A stretch of 64,000 bases of DNA from an uncultured Actinomycetota bacterium (GTDB lineage Bacteria > Actinomycetota > Actinomycetes > CAVWCF01): the NCBI GenBank assembly GCA_963753435.1, contig CAVWCF010000001.1, positions 576,001-640,000 of the forward strand. Direction: 5' to 3'. The position numbers and the translations under genes are program-made. Positions 60,754-64,000 of this stretch are shown one piece after another. The notes beneath the pieces were generated by a model. That model searched no databases and was not told where the DNA came from. It saw only the letters and a list, made by a program, of their open reading frames with translations. The first letter of the stretch is position 1, and every line of letters begins with the position of its first letter.

Positions 60754-63021
60754 TCAAGCAAGCGCTTCGATCAGCCTGTCGACAACGCTGGCGGTCAGGG
60801 CGGCGTCCAACGGTCGGCCAGCACGGGTCAGGTATAGGACATCGACGGCGTCCGCCCCATGGGTGCTGACCAAGGCGCTCATGACATCGACCTTCGCCGC
60901 GGTGATCACCATCGCGACGTCGTGCAGCAGGCCAGAGCGATCCGCGGCCCGCACTTCGACGACGGTCGCGTCTTGGGACACGTCCGGGATCACGCAGACA
61001 GTTGCCGGTGCCGCTGTCGCAGCCGGATACGCCGCTTCCCGGGCAGCGAGGCGGGCGCCCAGGTCCAGCGAACCATCAAGGATGCGGCGCAGGTCGGCGC
61101 GCAGTCGGTCCGGTGGTGGCGGATCGCCGAACTCCGGCCGCACCTGCCAGACCTGGGCGGCCAGCCCATCGACCGAACGCAGGCGCGCGGACCGAACCGA
61201 CAGCCGATGAATGGCCATGAGTCCGGCGGCCGCGGCCAGCAGCCCGGGACGGTCCAGGGCGGATACCCGCACTTCCAGACCATCGACGGACGCCGCCGTA
61301 GCCACCTGAACACCGCTGACGGCGGCTGGATCCGGCGCTACCTCCGCTGGCTCGGCCGGTGGCTTACCTACCAACTGGGCGCTCGTGCGGCTCACCAGGT
61401 CGCGAATCAGCCCGGCCCGCCATGACGACCACGCCGCCGGGCCGGCCGCTTGGGCATCAGCCTGGACCAATGCGGCCAGCAGGTTCAGGGTGTCCACATC
61501 TGCGATCGCCGCCGCGGCGCTCTGCGCCGTCGCCGGGTCGTCGAGATCGCGACGCGTGGCGAAATCCGGAAGCAGCAGATGCAGTTCGGTCAGGCGGGCG
61601 AGAGTCTTCGCATCGTCGGCGCTCAGCCCCATGCGCTCGGCGATACCGGGCACCAGCGCGGCTCCGGTCTGGCAATGCTCCCCCGCTGACCCCTTGCCGA
61701 TGTCATGGAGGAGTGCCGCCAGCAGCAACAGGTCCGGACGCGACACCTGCCGAGTGAGCCCGGCGGCTCGAACAACTGCTTCAACGCTGTGCCGATCGAC
61801 GCTGTAGACATGCACGGGGCTGCGCTGCGGCAAGTGCGCAATCCGGCTCCACTCCGGGATCCACTGCTGCACGAACCCGGCTTGGTCCAGCGTCTCCCAG
61901 ACGTCCACGAGCCCGGCCCCGGCGCCGAGCAACTGGATGAACTCATCGCGGGCAGCCGCCGACCACGGCACCGGCAACGGCGGACAGGCACTCAACGCAG
62001 TGACGGTTCCCTGCGCCAGTGGCAGCCCTGCGCGCGCCGCCGCCGCGGCCACCCGCAGCGGCAGGACCGCGTCGGCCTCGGGCCGGACATCACGGGCGAG
62101 CAATACGTCATCCCCGTCGCGAACAACGCCTTGCGCCAGCCCGATCCGCCGCCGACTGCGCAGACCCCGCGATGCATCGAGCGCACGCACTGCGCGATCG
62201 GTTGCCGCGAACGCCTGCGAGATGGTCCGACCGGCGCGATAGACCAAGCCAAGCAACTCGTCTCGATCTCTGAGGCCCATGGCAGTCGCAACGTCGTGCT
62301 GCAGATCCGGGACGAGACGATCGCCGCGACCGCCGACCTGGTGCAGCACGTACCGGACGTCGCGGAGCGTGCTCTCGGCCGCACCAACTCCCAGATGTGG
62401 CGCATCCACCAACCACGAAGCCCGCACGGCCCGAAGCAGATCCGCATCGCGCAGTCCACCGCGGCCGTATTTCAGATCCGGGCTCAGGGTGTGGCGTACG
62501 TCCCCGCTCTCGACGTGCCGCTGTTCGGCCGCCGCCAGCAGTAGCGGCAGCCGCTTGCGGGCCGCCGCACGCCAGGCAGCCAGAACCTCGCTGCGGACCC
62601 CGACGCTCAGCGCCTCAACGCCGGCTACGTGCCGCAGGTCGAGCATCCCGACAGCCGCCGGCAGGTCATCGGCGGCCACCCGGCGGCATTCCGCGGGTGT
62701 GCGGATGCTGTGATCCAGCCGGAGTCCGGCGTCCCAGATCGGATACCACAGCGACTCGGCTGCAGCCTCGGTTGCGCCATCGTGGGATGGGACCAGCAGC
62801 ACTAGGTCTATGTCGCTGCCACCGGACAATTCCTGGCGACCGAAACCGCCCACAGCCGCCAGCCCGGCACCGGCGACCGGCGCACCGGAGGATGCGAACA
62901 AGTCCCGCAGCCACTCGTCGGTCAAATCCGCCAGGAGACGCCGCTCGCCCGGCCCGTGACCGGGCCGGGCGAGCAACTCCTCGCGTTCGGCGCTGAACCG
63001 CGCCGTGCGCTCAGCGATCAT
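60754..63021 (-). CDS. glnD: [Protein-PII] uridylyl/adenylyltransferase
   Basis: AVGGFGRQEL...SDIDL nucleotidyltransferase, PDLKYGRGGLRD, HVYSVDRH, LLHDIGK HD domain, two ACT domains (DRPGLL, DRSGLL). Confidence 0.95.
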   Translation of the reverse strand: MIAERTARFSAEREELLARPGHGPGERRLLADLTDEWLRDLFASSGAPVAGAGLAAVGGFGRQELSGGSDIDLVLLVPSHDGATEAAAESLWYPIWDAGLRLDHSIRTPAECRRVAADDLPAAVGMLDLRHVAGVEALSVGVRSEVLAAWRAAARKRLPLLLAAAEQRHVESGDVRHTLSPDLKYGRGGLRDADLLRAVRASWLVDAPHLGVGAAESTLRDVRYVLHQVGGRGDRLVPDLQHDVATAMGLRDRDELLGLVYRAGRTISQAFAATDRAVRALDASRGLRSRRRIGLAQGVVRDGDDVLLARDVRPEADAVLPLRVAAAAARAGLPLAQGTVTALSACPPLPVPWSAAARDEFIQLLGAGAGLVDVWETLDQAGFVQQWIPEWSRIAHLPQRSPVHVYSVDRHSVEAVVRAAGLTRQVSRPDLLLLAALLHDIGKGSAGEHCQTGAALVPGIAERMGLSADDAKTLARLTELHLLLPDFATRRDLDDPATAQSAAAAIADVDTLNLLAALVQADAQAAGPAAWSSWRAGLIRDLVSRTSAQLVGKPPAEPAEVAPDPAAVSGVQVATAASVDGLEVRVSALDRPGLLAAAAGLMAIHRLSVRSARLRSVDGLAAQVWQVRPEFGDPPPPDRLRADLRRILDGSLDLGARLAAREAAYPAATAAPATVCVIPDVSQDATVVEVRAADRSGLLHDVAMVITAAKVDVMSALVSTHGADAVDVLYLTRAGRPLDAALTASVVDRLIEALA

Positions 63022-64000
<979 letters not shown>

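Overview
High-GC actinobacterial chromosome segment, almost entirely coding and mostly on the minus strand. It follows the conserved actinomycete core gene order: amtB-glnK-glnD-(SDR)-ffh, rpsP-khpA-rimM-trmD-rplS-lepB-lepB-NUDIX-rnhB-DUF2469-yraN-comM-dprA-xerC-whiG, M23 peptidase, rpsB-tsf-pyrH-frr-cdsA-rlmN, dxr-rip1-ispG, GNAT-proS, rimP-nusA-ylxR-infB-DUF503-rbfA-truB-ribF-rpsO-pnp-M16 peptidase. Between rlmN and dxr lies a ~21 kb polyamine/omega-amino-acid uptake and catabolism cluster. Between ispG and the GNAT gene is a two-gene insertion: a 4-hydroxybutyryl-CoA dehydratase (AbfD) and a PI-PLC-fold lipoprotein with degenerate catalytic residues. No rRNA, tRNA, CRISPR array, transposase or prophage was recognised. 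The most notable observations are: (1) an identically spaced promoter architecture (TCCACAG-N20-YCCMCAR-N37-GANNNT) shared by the yraN-comM-dprA operon and the M23 peptidase gene, suggesting an uncharacterised DNA-uptake regulon; (2) an AbfD that, from memory, resembles the O2-tolerant thaumarchaeal type and sits near a GABA-producing cluster; (3) a polyamine cluster lacking a gamma-glutamyl ligase but containing a saccharopine-dehydrogenase-like enzyme. All family calls come from motif recognition by eye; no database searches were run.
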